A stretch of DNA of 15,935 nt, from contig PLCF01000013.1 in assembly GCA_003135555.1 (NCBI GenBank), positions 1 through 15,935 of the forward strand, written 5' to 3'. How positions within the stretch are numbered: position 1 is the first letter of the stretch; the number at the start of each line of letters is the position of its first letter. Source of the stretch: Vulcanimicrobiota bacterium (GTDB lineage Bacteria > Vulcanimicrobiota > Vulcanimicrobiia > Vulcanimicrobiales > Vulcanimicrobiaceae). Positions 6,815 to 15,237 of this stretch are shown one piece after another. The translations under genes and the position numbers were made by a program. The notes beneath the pieces are model-generated. The model did not search any database. It had not been told where the DNA came from and saw nothing but the letters and a program-made list of their open reading frames with translations.

Positions 6815-6922
6815 CGAGTATGATCCTCCGGATCGTGCCTGTGTCGCCCATCACCAAACTACCCCAAAGGTCCTAGGACTACACGAGCCACCGGGGGCTC
6901 TCGACGCGAGCTTTACAAACCG

Positions 6923-9313
6923 TCAGGCATCGACCGCGATGGTGAGCCGAACCGTGTCGAGGGCGCGGGCCAGGGGGACGACCCGCTCGCGTATCGCGGT
7001 GCGCAGCGCGTCGAGAACCTTCGTGCGGGCCGCGATACGATAGCGCCACTCGTCGTTGACGCGCGCGACCGGGTACGGCGCCGGGCCGAGGATCTCGAAG
7101 CGCGGATCGCCGCGCAGCGCGTCGGCCCAGGTCGCGATGGCATCTTCGACCGCGCGGCGCGAGCGTCCGATCGCGCCCAGCAAGACGACGCGCGTGAACG
7201 GCGGCCAGCCCAGGGCACGCCGGTCCTCGAGCTCGCCCCGGGCGAAGCCGTCGTAGTCGTGCTTGGCCGCGAACCCGATCGCGGGGTGCTCGGGTGAGTA
7301 GGTCTGCACGATCGCCTCGCCGGGACGCGCGCGTCCGCTACGCCCGCAGACTTGGGTCAACAGCGCGAAGGTCCGTTCGGCGGCGCGAAAATCCGCAACG
7401 TGCAGGTCCAGATCCGCGGCGACGGCGCCGACCAGCGTCACGGTCGGAAAGTCGAGCCCTTTGGCGACCATCTGCGTCCCGACGAGCACGTCGCCGTCCT
7501 GCGCAAACCGCTCGAGCAACCGCGCGTGATCGCCGACGCGCGTCGTCGTGTCGGAGTCCATGCGCACGACCACGGCTTCGGGGAACAGGCGCGCGAGCTC
7601 GTCGGCGACGCGCTGGGTCCCGGCGCCGAACTCGCGCACCGGGCCCGCGCCGCAGGACGCGCAAACCTCGGGCAGCGGCGTTTGGTAGTCGCACCAGTGG
7701 CAGCGCAAGAGGGCTTCGCTGCGGTGGACGGTGAGCGAGGTCGAACAGCGCGGACACTCCGGGACGTGACCGCAGGCCCGGCACAGCACGAAACGCGCGC
7801 TGCCGCGCCGGTTGATGAACAGCACCGTCTTCTCACGGCGGGCGATGCGTTCGGCTAGCGCCTCGGTAAGCGCGCTCGAGAAGACGCGCCGGTTTCCCGA
7901 GGCGAACTCCGCGCCCATGTCGACGATCCGCACGGCCGGCAGCGGCTGCGCGGTCGCGCGCTCGAGCATGCGCACCACCGGGAAGCGGCCGGCTTTGGCG
8001 CGGGCGTAGTCTTCGAGCGCGGGGGTCGCGCTGCCCAACACCACCACGCCGTTCGCCAGGCGCATCCGCTCGCGCGCGACGGCGACGGCGTCGTAGCGCG
8101 GCGCGGTCTCTTGACGGTACGACGTCTCGTGCGCTTCGTCGACGACGATGAGCCGCACGTCCTCGAGCGGCGCGAAGACCGCGCTGCGCGCCCCGACGAC
8201 GACGTCGATCTCGCCGCGGCCGGCGGCTTGCCAAGCGTCGAAGCGCTCGCGCTCGGAGAGCGCCGAGTGGAGCACTGCGACGCGGTCCCCGAAGGCGGCC
8301 TCGAACCGCGCCGCAGTCTGCGGGGTCAACGCAATCTCCGGCACGAGCACGATCGCGCGGCCGCCGCGTGCCAGCACGCGCGCGATCGCGTGCAGGTACA
8401 CCAGGGTCTTGCCGCTCCCGGTGACGCCGTGCAGGAGCAACTGGCCGAACGCGCGCGCATCGAGCAATGCGCCGAGCCGCGCGATCGCCTCGCGCTGCTC
8501 GTCGGTGGGCGCATGGGGCGGCAGCGCGACGCGCGCCGTGCGCTCGCGGCGCAGCTCGCGCGTCGCTTCGATCAACGCGCCGGCTTGCACCGCGCGCCGG
8601 ATCACCGCGTCGGAGAAACCGGCGAGCAGCGCGTCGCTGCGCCGTACCTCGCCCAGCCCGGCGACGTGCGCGACCAGCGCCTGCGCCTTTTTCCCGTTGA
8701 TCGGTGCCGCGCCCGGCCGCAGCATGCGGACCGTCGCCGCGCCGATGGAGGCTTTCGCGAACACGCGCCGTCGTTCGAGCGCGCCGGCGCGGACGAGCGC
8801 ATCGACCGCGTGCACGAGCGTCGCGCGATCGCCGGCGCGGCGCGCCTCGGGATGCCGCAACAGCGCATCGGGTGCCACACCGTCACGGAAATCGGTCCAC
8901 AGCAGCCGGATCAATCGCTCGGGAACGACCTTGAAACGCGCCGGGTCCGGCGCGGCGGCTTGGGGGATCAGCCGTTCGACCGCGCGGGGCAGCGCCGCCG
9001 CGAGTACGACCGCGCCGAGCGCCTCGCGCAGCGAGCACAGATACCGGTCGGCGATCCAGCGCGCCAGCGCGAGTCCGGTCGCATCGAACGCGCGCGGCCC
9101 GTCGACACGCGCGGCGACGTCGCGCAGGCGAGCATCATGGTCGCCGGCATACGGCGCTGCCAGCACGAACGCGAACACCTCGCGCGATCCCAGCGGAACG
9201 CGCACGACGTCGCCCGCGTCGAGCGTGACCCCGTCCGGCACCCGATAGGATAGCGGCCGGTCGAAGCGCGCGGTCTTGAGGTGCGGCAGGACGTCGACGC
9301 GTAGAACGTTCAG
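6923..9313 (-). CDS. priA: Primosomal protein N' (replication restart helicase PriA)
   Basis: GVTGSGKT Walker A, LVPEIALTPQ, VGARSA, DEAH, LGSATP, NRRG, four CxxC pairs, GTQMVAKGLDFP, Q..GRSGR. The frame stays open upstream of GTG 9241 through the PriA-like N-terminus (RVDVLP...FDRPLSYRVP) up to a TAG at 9329-9331. Start placed tentatively at CTG 9313. Confidence 0.95.
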   Translation of the reverse strand: MNVLRVDVLPHLKTARFDRPLSYRVPDGVTLDAGDVVRVPLGSREVFAFVLAAPYAGDHDARLRDVAARVDGPRAFDATGLALARWIADRYLCSLREALGAVVLAAALPRAVERLIPQAAAPDPARFKVVPERLIRLLWTDFRDGVAPDALLRHPEARRAGDRATLVHAVDALVRAGALERRRVFAKASIGAATVRMLRPGAAPINGKKAQALVAHVAGLGEVRRSDALLAGFSDAVIRRAVQAGALIEATRELRRERTARVALPPHAPTDEQREAIARLGALLDARAFGQLLLHGVTGSGKTLVYLHAIARVLARGGRAIVLVPEIALTPQTAARFEAAFGDRVAVLHSALSERERFDAWQAAGRGEIDVVVGARSAVFAPLEDVRLIVVDEAHETSYRQETAPRYDAVAVARERMRLANGVVVLGSATPALEDYARAKAGRFPVVRMLERATAQPLPAVRIVDMGAEFASGNRRVFSSALTEALAERIARREKTVLFINRRGSARFVLCRACGHVPECPRCSTSLTVHRSEALLRCHWCDYQTPLPEVCASCGAGPVREFGAGTQRVADELARLFPEAVVVRMDSDTTTRVGDHARLLERFAQDGDVLVGTQMVAKGLDFPTVTLVGAVAADLDLHVADFRAAERTFALLTQVCGRSGRARPGEAIVQTYSPEHPAIGFAAKHDYDGFARGELEDRRALGWPPFTRVVLLGAIGRSRRAVEDAIATWADALRGDPRFEILGPAPYPVARVNDEWRYRIAARTKVLDALRTAIRERVVPLARALDTVRLTIAVDA

Positions 9314-9385
9314 AACGAACGGCTTTCGCTACGCGGCGCCCCCAGCACTTCGCCGCCGCCGCGCAGCTGCGGACGGACCCGGCTA

Positions 9386-10573
9386 CTACCGGATGCTGGG
9401 CAGCTCGTTGACCAAGCTGGTGCCGGGGCGGTCCGGCGACGGCGGCTGAACGAGCCGCACGAAGCCGTCGTCGCCGGCGCAATACGAAACGCCGTCGCGC
9501 CCGGTCTGCTTGGCGTGGTACATCGCGGAGTCGGCCCGCTCGAGCAGCTCGTTCGCACCCGCGGCATCGGCCGGGAACGCAGCTACGCCGATCGAGGCGC
9601 TGATCCGCGCGTCGATCGCAGCGATTCGACGCCGCACGCTATCGGCGCGTTCGATAGCGGTCGACTTGTCGGTTTCGGCGAACACCAGGCAGAATTCGTC
9701 GCCGCCGTTGCGGGCGACCAAATCGTGCTCCGACGGGGCGGCGGTTCGCAGCACGTCCGCCAGCGCGTGCAGAAGCGCGTCGCCCGCCGCGTGGCCGTGC
9801 GCGTCGTTCCACTGTTTGAAATGGTCGGTGTCCACGAAGAGCAGCGCCAAGCGGGACGACGGCGTAAAGCGGCAGCGATCGACCAGCGCGTTGAGCCGCC
9901 GGCGAAACGCCCGTGGCGTGAGCAGGCCGGTCAGGCCATCGTACTCCGCCGTACGGCGGTCGTGCTCGCGTTCGAGCGCGATGAGGTACGCCGGCGCCGC
10001 GAGCTCCGCGAGCGTTACGAGCCGCTCGATCGACTCGGCCGCGAGCGGCTGGCGCGATGCCGCGACCAGCGCGCATGAGCGCCCGGGGTCGGAGACGAGC
10101 GGCACGGCGACCGCGGCCGCGTCGTGGGGATGCAGGCGCGCGACCCCGGGCTCGGCGAGGGTAATGCGGTGGCGAGCCGACAGGGCGCGAGCTGCGAGCG
10201 CGGCGCCGTCGTCGCGAGCGACGCAGGTTCCGGCGAAGTGCTCGAACCGCTCGCCTGAGGCGATCGCGCAGCGCAACGCGCCGGCGTGCTCCTCGTAGAG
10301 CAGCACGCCGTCGATCTCGCCGGAACCGGCGCGTGCGGCGCGCACGATCTCATCGCGGACCGCGTCGGCCGAGGCGCGGGCTGCGCTCGCCAACCGGGCG
10401 GCGACGTCGACGAACGCTGCTTCATGGGCCTGGGCGATCCGCAGCGATCCCCGGCACGCCTGCAGGGCCGCGCGCGCCCGCGCGGCGACGATCGTCGCGA
10501 GACTCGCCGACACGAGCGATCCGGTCACGACCGCGAGCTCCGCGGCGCCCGCCGGCGGCAACGTCACGCCCAA
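9386..10573 (-). CDS. Sensor diguanylate cyclase (GAF-like plus GGDEF)
   Basis: DGLTGL, LLFVDTDHFKQWNDAHGHAAGD, ARNGGDEF, SASIG, LLERADSAMYHAKQ.GR. Upstream GAF-like region (AVAVPL, L.TLA..AA.A) and one N-terminal hydrophobic segment. Start is TTG 10573 or GTG 10567. Confidence 0.92.
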   Translation of the reverse strand: MGVTLPPAGAAELAVVTGSLVSASLATIVAARARAALQACRGSLRIAQAHEAAFVDVAARLASAARASADAVRDEIVRAARAGSGEIDGVLLYEEHAGALRCAIASGERFEHFAGTCVARDDGAALAARALSARHRITLAEPGVARLHPHDAAAVAVPLVSDPGRSCALVAASRQPLAAESIERLVTLAELAAPAYLIALEREHDRRTAEYDGLTGLLTPRAFRRRLNALVDRCRFTPSSRLALLFVDTDHFKQWNDAHGHAAGDALLHALADVLRTAAPSEHDLVARNGGDEFCLVFAETDKSTAIERADSVRRRIAAIDARISASIGVAAFPADAAGANELLERADSAMYHAKQTGRDGVSYCAGDDGFVRLVQPPSPDRPGTSLVNELPSIR

Positions 10574-10600
10574 GGCGGTGCCCCGGCCGCGCTACGCTGA

Positions 10601-11281
10601 TTACGGGATGAGCGAACGCAACTTGTCGGGTTCGGTGACCACGACGTGCGCGGTGCGCATGTCGACGAGCCGGTCGTCCCAGAAGCGGTTCAGCGTCCGG
10701 TTCACGGTCTCACGCGTCGTCCCGATCATGTTGGCCATCTCTTGATTGGTCAGGCGCAACGTGATGCGAGTGCCGTTCTCGACGGCCTCCCCGAATTGCT
10801 CGGCCAGGTTGAGCAGCAGCGCCGCGAGGCGGGCGCGGATGTCTTGCGACGTCGTCGCGGCGATGAGCGCGTTGGCGGCGCGCAGCCGCTCGGAGAGCTC
10901 GATCACGAGCAGCTTCCCGATCCCGGGATTGTGCTCGATCAGGCCCAGGAAGTCGGCTTGGCGGATCGCGCCGACTTCCACGTCGGTGAGCGTCTTGATC
11001 GACGCCGAGCGCAGGGACGAGTCGAACATCGACATCTCGCCGAAAAAGTCGCCTTCTTTGAGGATCGACAGGATGGTCTCGCGGCCGTCGGGGCCGACCC
11101 GGCAGACCGCGACCGAGCCGGCGGCGATGATGAAGAACGTGTCGCCCGGCTCGCCCTCGCGCACGACGAACTGGTGCTTCGCGAAACGCCGCTCGGCGAC
11201 GGTTGCGAGGACCTGCGACAGCTGCTCGTCGGTAAAATCGCGGAACAATGGGATCCGGCGAAGCGTCGTGAGATCGATCAT
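10601..11281 (-). CDS. Crp/Fnr-family transcriptional regulator (cNMP-binding plus HTH)
   Basis: IPLF, REGEPGD.F.I..G.V, GDFFGEMS...RSAS phosphate-binding cassette, HTH LTNQEMANMIGTTRETVNR. No Fnr Cys cluster. Confidence 0.95.
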   Translation of the reverse strand: MIDLTTLRRIPLFRDFTDEQLSQVLATVAERRFAKHQFVVREGEPGDTFFIIAAGSVAVCRVGPDGRETILSILKEGDFFGEMSMFDSSLRSASIKTLTDVEVGAIRQADFLGLIEHNPGIGKLLVIELSERLRAANALIAATTSQDIRARLAALLLNLAEQFGEAVENGTRITLRLTNQEMANMIGTTRETVNRTLNRFWDDRLVDMRTAHVVVTEPDKLRSLIP

Positions 11282-11384
11282 TGGTGTTGCGCCTCTTCGG
11301 AGGGTACCCGGAAGTCGCCCTTGTCGGCCCGGTCCGGCGAGCGTCCGGGAATCCTACGGGTGATCGGCGGGCACCGACGGCGAC

Positions 11385-13907
11385 ATGACCTGCAACGAGC
11401 CGGCCCTGCACGCGCTATCGGTCGTGCCGCGCAGCGTTCGGCCGGGGGACGTGGTTCGGGTGGAATTCCGCACGCCGAACCTGGGCTCGAAGGCGAGCCC
11501 GGCGGGGACGGTCGCGTTCCTCGTAGGCGCGGGGCTCGAAGCGTTGGGCGACGTCGAGGTCGGCGTCGATTCGGTTGCACCCGGCGAGGACGTGACGGCG
11601 TTCCTGAGCGCCCGGGTCGCCACACCGCCGGAGCCACGGGTGTGCTGTTCCGTCGAAGCCGTTCTGCGCATCCCGGGAGCCGAATTGGCCACCAACCGAT
11701 GCAGTGTCGAGGTACGCAGCCGCGCGATCGTCGACGGGGTTGCGAGCGGCGTGTTCCTCGAGGCGCTCGACGGGCATTCGGTGCTGGTCTGCGCCGTCGT
11801 CACCAACGAAGGCGACGGCCCGGCGCCGGCGCTGCGCGTCGTGGTACCGGCCCCATTCGGATGCGTCCCCTGCGGTGGCGACGAGGCGACCGTGATGGAC
11901 GTCACGCGGCTCGCGCTCGGCGAAACCGCGACGCTGCGGTACGAAGCGCAACTGGTCTCACCGCGTGCGACGCTGCGCGCCGATGACGGCGAGGTACGTT
12001 TCGCCGACGGACGGCGCCGTGCGCTTGCGGCGCGTAACAGCGTCGCGCTCGCGCCCGCGCTGCTCGCGCCCAGCGTCGCCGTGACGGCCGCGCGCCGGCA
12101 CGCGCAGGTCGTCGTCGAGCTGCGCAACGACGGCTGGGTAGATGCGCGCGACGTACGCGTGCGCATCGCGCTGCCGGCACTGCTGCGTCTCATCGACGGC
12201 AGCGTAACGGTCGACGCCGTCCCGGCCGTTCGCGGCGCTCGTCGCGGCGGCGCCGAGCCGCTCTTCGCGCGCGTCGAATCCCAATCCGGAGGTCACGCGA
12301 TCACGCTCGCGGCCGTCCCCGCGCGGGACGTCGCGGCAGTGGCCTTCACCGTCGCGTTCCCGATGGGCTACGCGGGCGGAACGATCGGCGTGGCTTGCGG
12401 CGAGCACGACGCCGCGATCGCCGTGCAGCCGCAGCCGGTGCGCGATCTGCGTCTGCGCGTGACCGACGTGCCCGCCGGCGCCGCACCGGGTGAGACGGTG
12501 CAGGTCGTCGCGCAGGTCGTCAACGCGGGCGACGTGTCCGAGACGGTCGTGCTAGCGGTCGCCGGCGCCTCGATCGAGCCGTGGCGTTCGTCGCCGCGCA
12601 CGCTGGGACCCGGGGCGACCGCGTTCGTGGAGTCCGCCGTCAGCGTCTCGTCGCAGGCCCGCGACGGCGAAGCCGCCGCCATAACCGTCACGCTCGAAGA
12701 TGACGCCGGCGAGCGAGCGCGCGCGCAGACCAGCATCGTGGTGCGCGACCGCACCCGGCTCGGCGCGGATGAGGATCCCGAGGCCGATGCGGCGCCCGCG
12801 ATTGCGCATGCGGTTTTGCGTTCGTCCGACGAGGTCATCGCCGGCGGCGTCCTGTGGGTCGAGCTCGACGTCGACGTCGAGGACGACGTCGATTCGCTGG
12901 TGATTCGTGCGGCGCCGGTGGCGCGCGCAGAATACGTCGCCGGCTCGTCGTCGGTCGGCGGCAGCCTGCTGCTCGACCGGGCGGCGGGCTCGCCGTTCGC
13001 CGGTGACGGGCTGCGGCTGCGAGCGATCCCGGCCGGGACGCGCATCGCGTGCGCGTGGTCGTTGCTCGCGGCTCCGGCGGCGGACGACGAACCGCTGCTC
13101 GTCGCCGCCGCGCTCGACGTAGACGGCGACGCGCGCGCGGTGGCTCCCATCAGCATCGGGCTGCGCGGGCGTGACGCGTTCGCGGCTCGCCCTGCCGGTC
13201 GGCGATATCACGTCGAAGGGTTCACGGTGTCCGGCACCCGGCGTCCCGATACCGGCGGCTGCGATGTCGAGCCGGCGCCGTCGCACGATGAGGTCGAAGA
13301 CCCGCCGATGCGCTACCGGCGGGTGTTTCGGTTGCGCGACGACGCCGAGCGTCGCGCCGAGCTGGCGCGGCTCATCGACGGGGCTCCGGCGTGCGGCCTG
13401 GTCGCGCACGTCCTCGCGCTGCGCGCGCTGTTCCCCGACGAGTGCGTGCCGTGGGACGGGGCAACGGCCGACGCGCTCGCGACGCTGCGGACCACGCTGC
13501 GCGACGTCTACGACCGTCTGTTCGTGAAGCTGCGCATACCGGGCTTCGTCGCCGGCGCCGACGATCTGGAAGATCCGCCGCTGCGGCGCGCGCTGGGCGC
13601 GCTCTGCGAGCGGCTGGGCCGATACGATCTCGTCGCGGCGCTGAGCGATGCAGCGTACGGTTCGCCCGCTGCGTTGCGCGCATTGGTCGCGCTGCTGCCG
13701 ACCGAGTGCGACGACGCGACGCTGTCCGGTGCGCTGGAGCACTTCGGCGCGGTGCTCGACGAGGTGCTCGCAGGCTACCTCGGCGTTGCGCCGGCGATCT
13801 TCGACGATGCGCTCGCGAATGCCGCCGACCGCGCGCTCGACGTCGCGCGCGACGCGCTGCGCGCGGCGCTGCAAGGGTCGCGCACGGTCTTGGAGCTGAC
13901 GTGCTGA
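11385..13907 (+). CDS. Large hypothetical protein with about 5 DUF11/CARDB-like Ig repeats and a helical C-terminal domain
   Basis: 840-aa ORF with repeated (PG)D/E.V....V.N.G motifs (PNLG, VTNEG, LRNDG, VVNAG) and DUF11-like 'LIDGSVTVD' and 'YVAGSSSVGG'. No signal peptide visible. Confidence 0.75.
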   Translation: MTCNEPALHALSVVPRSVRPGDVVRVEFRTPNLGSKASPAGTVAFLVGAGLEALGDVEVGVDSVAPGEDVTAFLSARVATPPEPRVCCSVEAVLRIPGAELATNRCSVEVRSRAIVDGVASGVFLEALDGHSVLVCAVVTNEGDGPAPALRVVVPAPFGCVPCGGDEATVMDVTRLALGETATLRYEAQLVSPRATLRADDGEVRFADGRRRALAARNSVALAPALLAPSVAVTAARRHAQVVVELRNDGWVDARDVRVRIALPALLRLIDGSVTVDAVPAVRGARRGGAEPLFARVESQSGGHAITLAAVPARDVAAVAFTVAFPMGYAGGTIGVACGEHDAAIAVQPQPVRDLRLRVTDVPAGAAPGETVQVVAQVVNAGDVSETVVLAVAGASIEPWRSSPRTLGPGATAFVESAVSVSSQARDGEAAAITVTLEDDAGERARAQTSIVVRDRTRLGADEDPEADAAPAIAHAVLRSSDEVIAGGVLWVELDVDVEDDVDSLVIRAAPVARAEYVAGSSSVGGSLLLDRAAGSPFAGDGLRLRAIPAGTRIACAWSLLAAPAADDEPLLVAAALDVDGDARAVAPISIGLRGRDAFAARPAGRRYHVEGFTVSGTRRPDTGGCDVEPAPSHDEVEDPPMRYRRVFRLRDDAERRAELARLIDGAPACGLVAHVLALRALFPDECVPWDGATADALATLRTTLRDVYDRLFVKLRIPGFVAGADDLEDPPLRRALGALCERLGRYDLVAALSDAAYGSPAALRALVALLPTECDDATLSGALEHFGAVLDEVLAGYLGVAPAIFDDALANAADRALDVARDALRAALQGSRTVLELTC

Positions 13908-14287
13908 CGCTCCAGCTGCCGACGCTGCTGGCGCTGTTGGGCGCGGCGCTCATGACCGTCGTGATCTTCGCCCCGCGAGCGTCGAGCGCGCCGGTCGCCG
14001 CATCGTGTGCGCCGCCCAGCGCCCCGCCGCCGTTGGAGCGTTGGGCGCCCCGGTGTGTCCCCGACGTCGTGCCGCCGCCGCCGGCGCCCGATCTCGCGCC
14101 GGCTGCGGCGTGGCCGGCGCTGCTCGACCCGGGTGCGGCCGGGTGCGATGCCGCCGCACGCCTGGCGCTCGTCGACGCACTCGGCGCGGTCCGGACGGCG
14201 TGGGCCGCGGCGATTCTCGAGCGTGCGCTACGCGAGGACGTCGACGCAGCGGTGCGGCACCGGGCCGCGGCAATGCTGGGCGGCTGA
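13901..14287 (+). CDS. Small membrane-anchored protein with Pro-rich linker and HEAT-like repeat
   Basis: This is the 3' part of ORF 13391..14287. GGAG lies 5 nt before GTG 13901, overlapping the upstream stop. It encodes MLTLQLPTLLALLGAALMTVVIF (TM), a Pro-rich linker, then RLALVDALG....A..IL..AL.ED.DA.VR..AA..L. Confidence 0.78.
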   Translation: MLTLQLPTLLALLGAALMTVVIFAPRASSAPVAASCAPPSAPPPLERWAPRCVPDVVPPPPAPDLAPAAAWPALLDPGAAGCDAAARLALVDALGAVRTAWAAAILERALREDVDAAVRHRAAAMLGG

Positions 14288-14289
14288 GG

Positions 14290-14784
14290 CTATCCCGCGC
14301 CGCTGGCGTACAACGCGGTTATCTCGCCCGACGCCAGAACGTGGCCCCGGATCAAGAAGCGAAACTTCGCGTAGGTCGTCGTCTCGTCGACGCCGAGCAC
14401 GGCCTGGTCCAGCGCGTAGACCGTCAGAATGTACCGGTGCGCCGGTCCGGGCGGCGGACACGGGCCGCCGTAGCTGCTGAACCCAAAGTCGGTAAAGCCT
14501 TGCGTCGCACCGGCGATACCGCGTCGGCTCGCGCCGGCCGGCAGCGACGTCGCGCCGGCGGGGATGTCGAACACGATCCAGTGCACGAACCCGACCGTCG
14601 TCGGAGCGTCGGGGTCCCAGATCGTGACCGCGAACGACTTGGTGCCATCCGGCGCGCCGGACCAGGTCAGGTCCGGGCTTTGGTTTCCTCCCGTGCACCC
14701 GAACGAATCGAACACCGCGCCCTCGGGGATGGTCTCGCCGTCGCGGTACGTGGAGCTCCGGACGGTCAGCGTAGCCTGCGTCAT
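14290..14784 (-). CDS. YbhB/YbcL family PEBP (Raf kinase inhibitor-like) protein
   Basis: GGNQSP.L.W...P.GTKSFA...DPDAP, HW, YGGPCPPPG..HRY...VYALD. Start ATG 14784 preferred over TTG 14808. Confidence 0.94.
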   Translation of the reverse strand: MTQATLTVRSSTYRDGETIPEGAVFDSFGCTGGNQSPDLTWSGAPDGTKSFAVTIWDPDAPTTVGFVHWIVFDIPAGATSLPAGASRRGIAGATQGFTDFGFSSYGGPCPPPGPAHRYILTVYALDQAVLGVDETTTYAKFRFLIRGHVLASGEITALYASGAG

Positions 14785-14790
14785 GGCCGC

Positions 14791-14820
14791 ATGATACCCC
14801 GAAACCAACTGCCCTCGGAA
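14791..14820 (-). promoter_or_regulatory. Putative sigma70-type promoter of the YbhB gene
   Basis: Minus strand has TTCCGA (14820-14815), an 18-nt spacer and TATCAT (14796-14791), then 6 nt and ATG. Confidence 0.6.
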
Positions 14821-14834
14821 GGGTAGTGAACCGC

Positions 14835-15215
14835 ATGGCCACCGTTCGCATCGAAGACGACACGCTGTGCATCGAGCTCAAGGGCGCCGAGGTCCTGTGG
14901 GCGTGTCACGGCTCGTTTCGCATCCCGCTGGCGCACGTCAAGGGCGCCGGCATCGTGAAACCGCCGAGCTTCTGGGAATCGCTCAAAATCATCGGAACGG
15001 GCGCCGGCAGGCTCAAGATGGCGGGCACGTTCCTGTACCACGGCGAGGTCGTGTTCTTCGACTACGCCGGCGACGAGAACGTGCTCGTCATCGACTTGAT
15101 CGAGAACAACTACAGGCACGTGTTCGTGCACGTCGATGCACCTGACACCCCCGAAGCCGCAGCCGCCATCATCCAGGCGCAGCTCGCACCGGCTGCCGCG
15201 CCGAGCACGTCGTAA
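14835..15215 (+). CDS. Conserved hypothetical protein (possibly bacterial PH-like beta fold)
   Basis: Strong GC3-biased codons and a globular beta-rich sequence (TLCIEL.G...LWA...S..IPL.HV; AGTF...GE..F.D; VLVIDL....Y....V.V..P). Alternative start GTG 14826. Confidence 0.8.
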   Translation: MATVRIEDDTLCIELKGAEVLWACHGSFRIPLAHVKGAGIVKPPSFWESLKIIGTGAGRLKMAGTFLYHGEVVFFDYAGDENVLVIDLIENNYRHVFVHVDAPDTPEAAAAIIQAQLAPAAAPSTS

Positions 15216-15237
15216 CGGCGGACCCTCGGCCTCGAGT

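Noticed and set aside
8111..9253. Plus-strand ORFs of 380 and 366 aa opposite priA
   Set aside because: Antisense shadows of a well-supported gene.
10646..13874. ORFs 10646..11986 (+), 11354..12193 (-), 12368..13156 (-) and 12552..13874 (-)
   Set aside because: Arg/Ser-rich off-frame or antisense translations overlapping better-supported genes.
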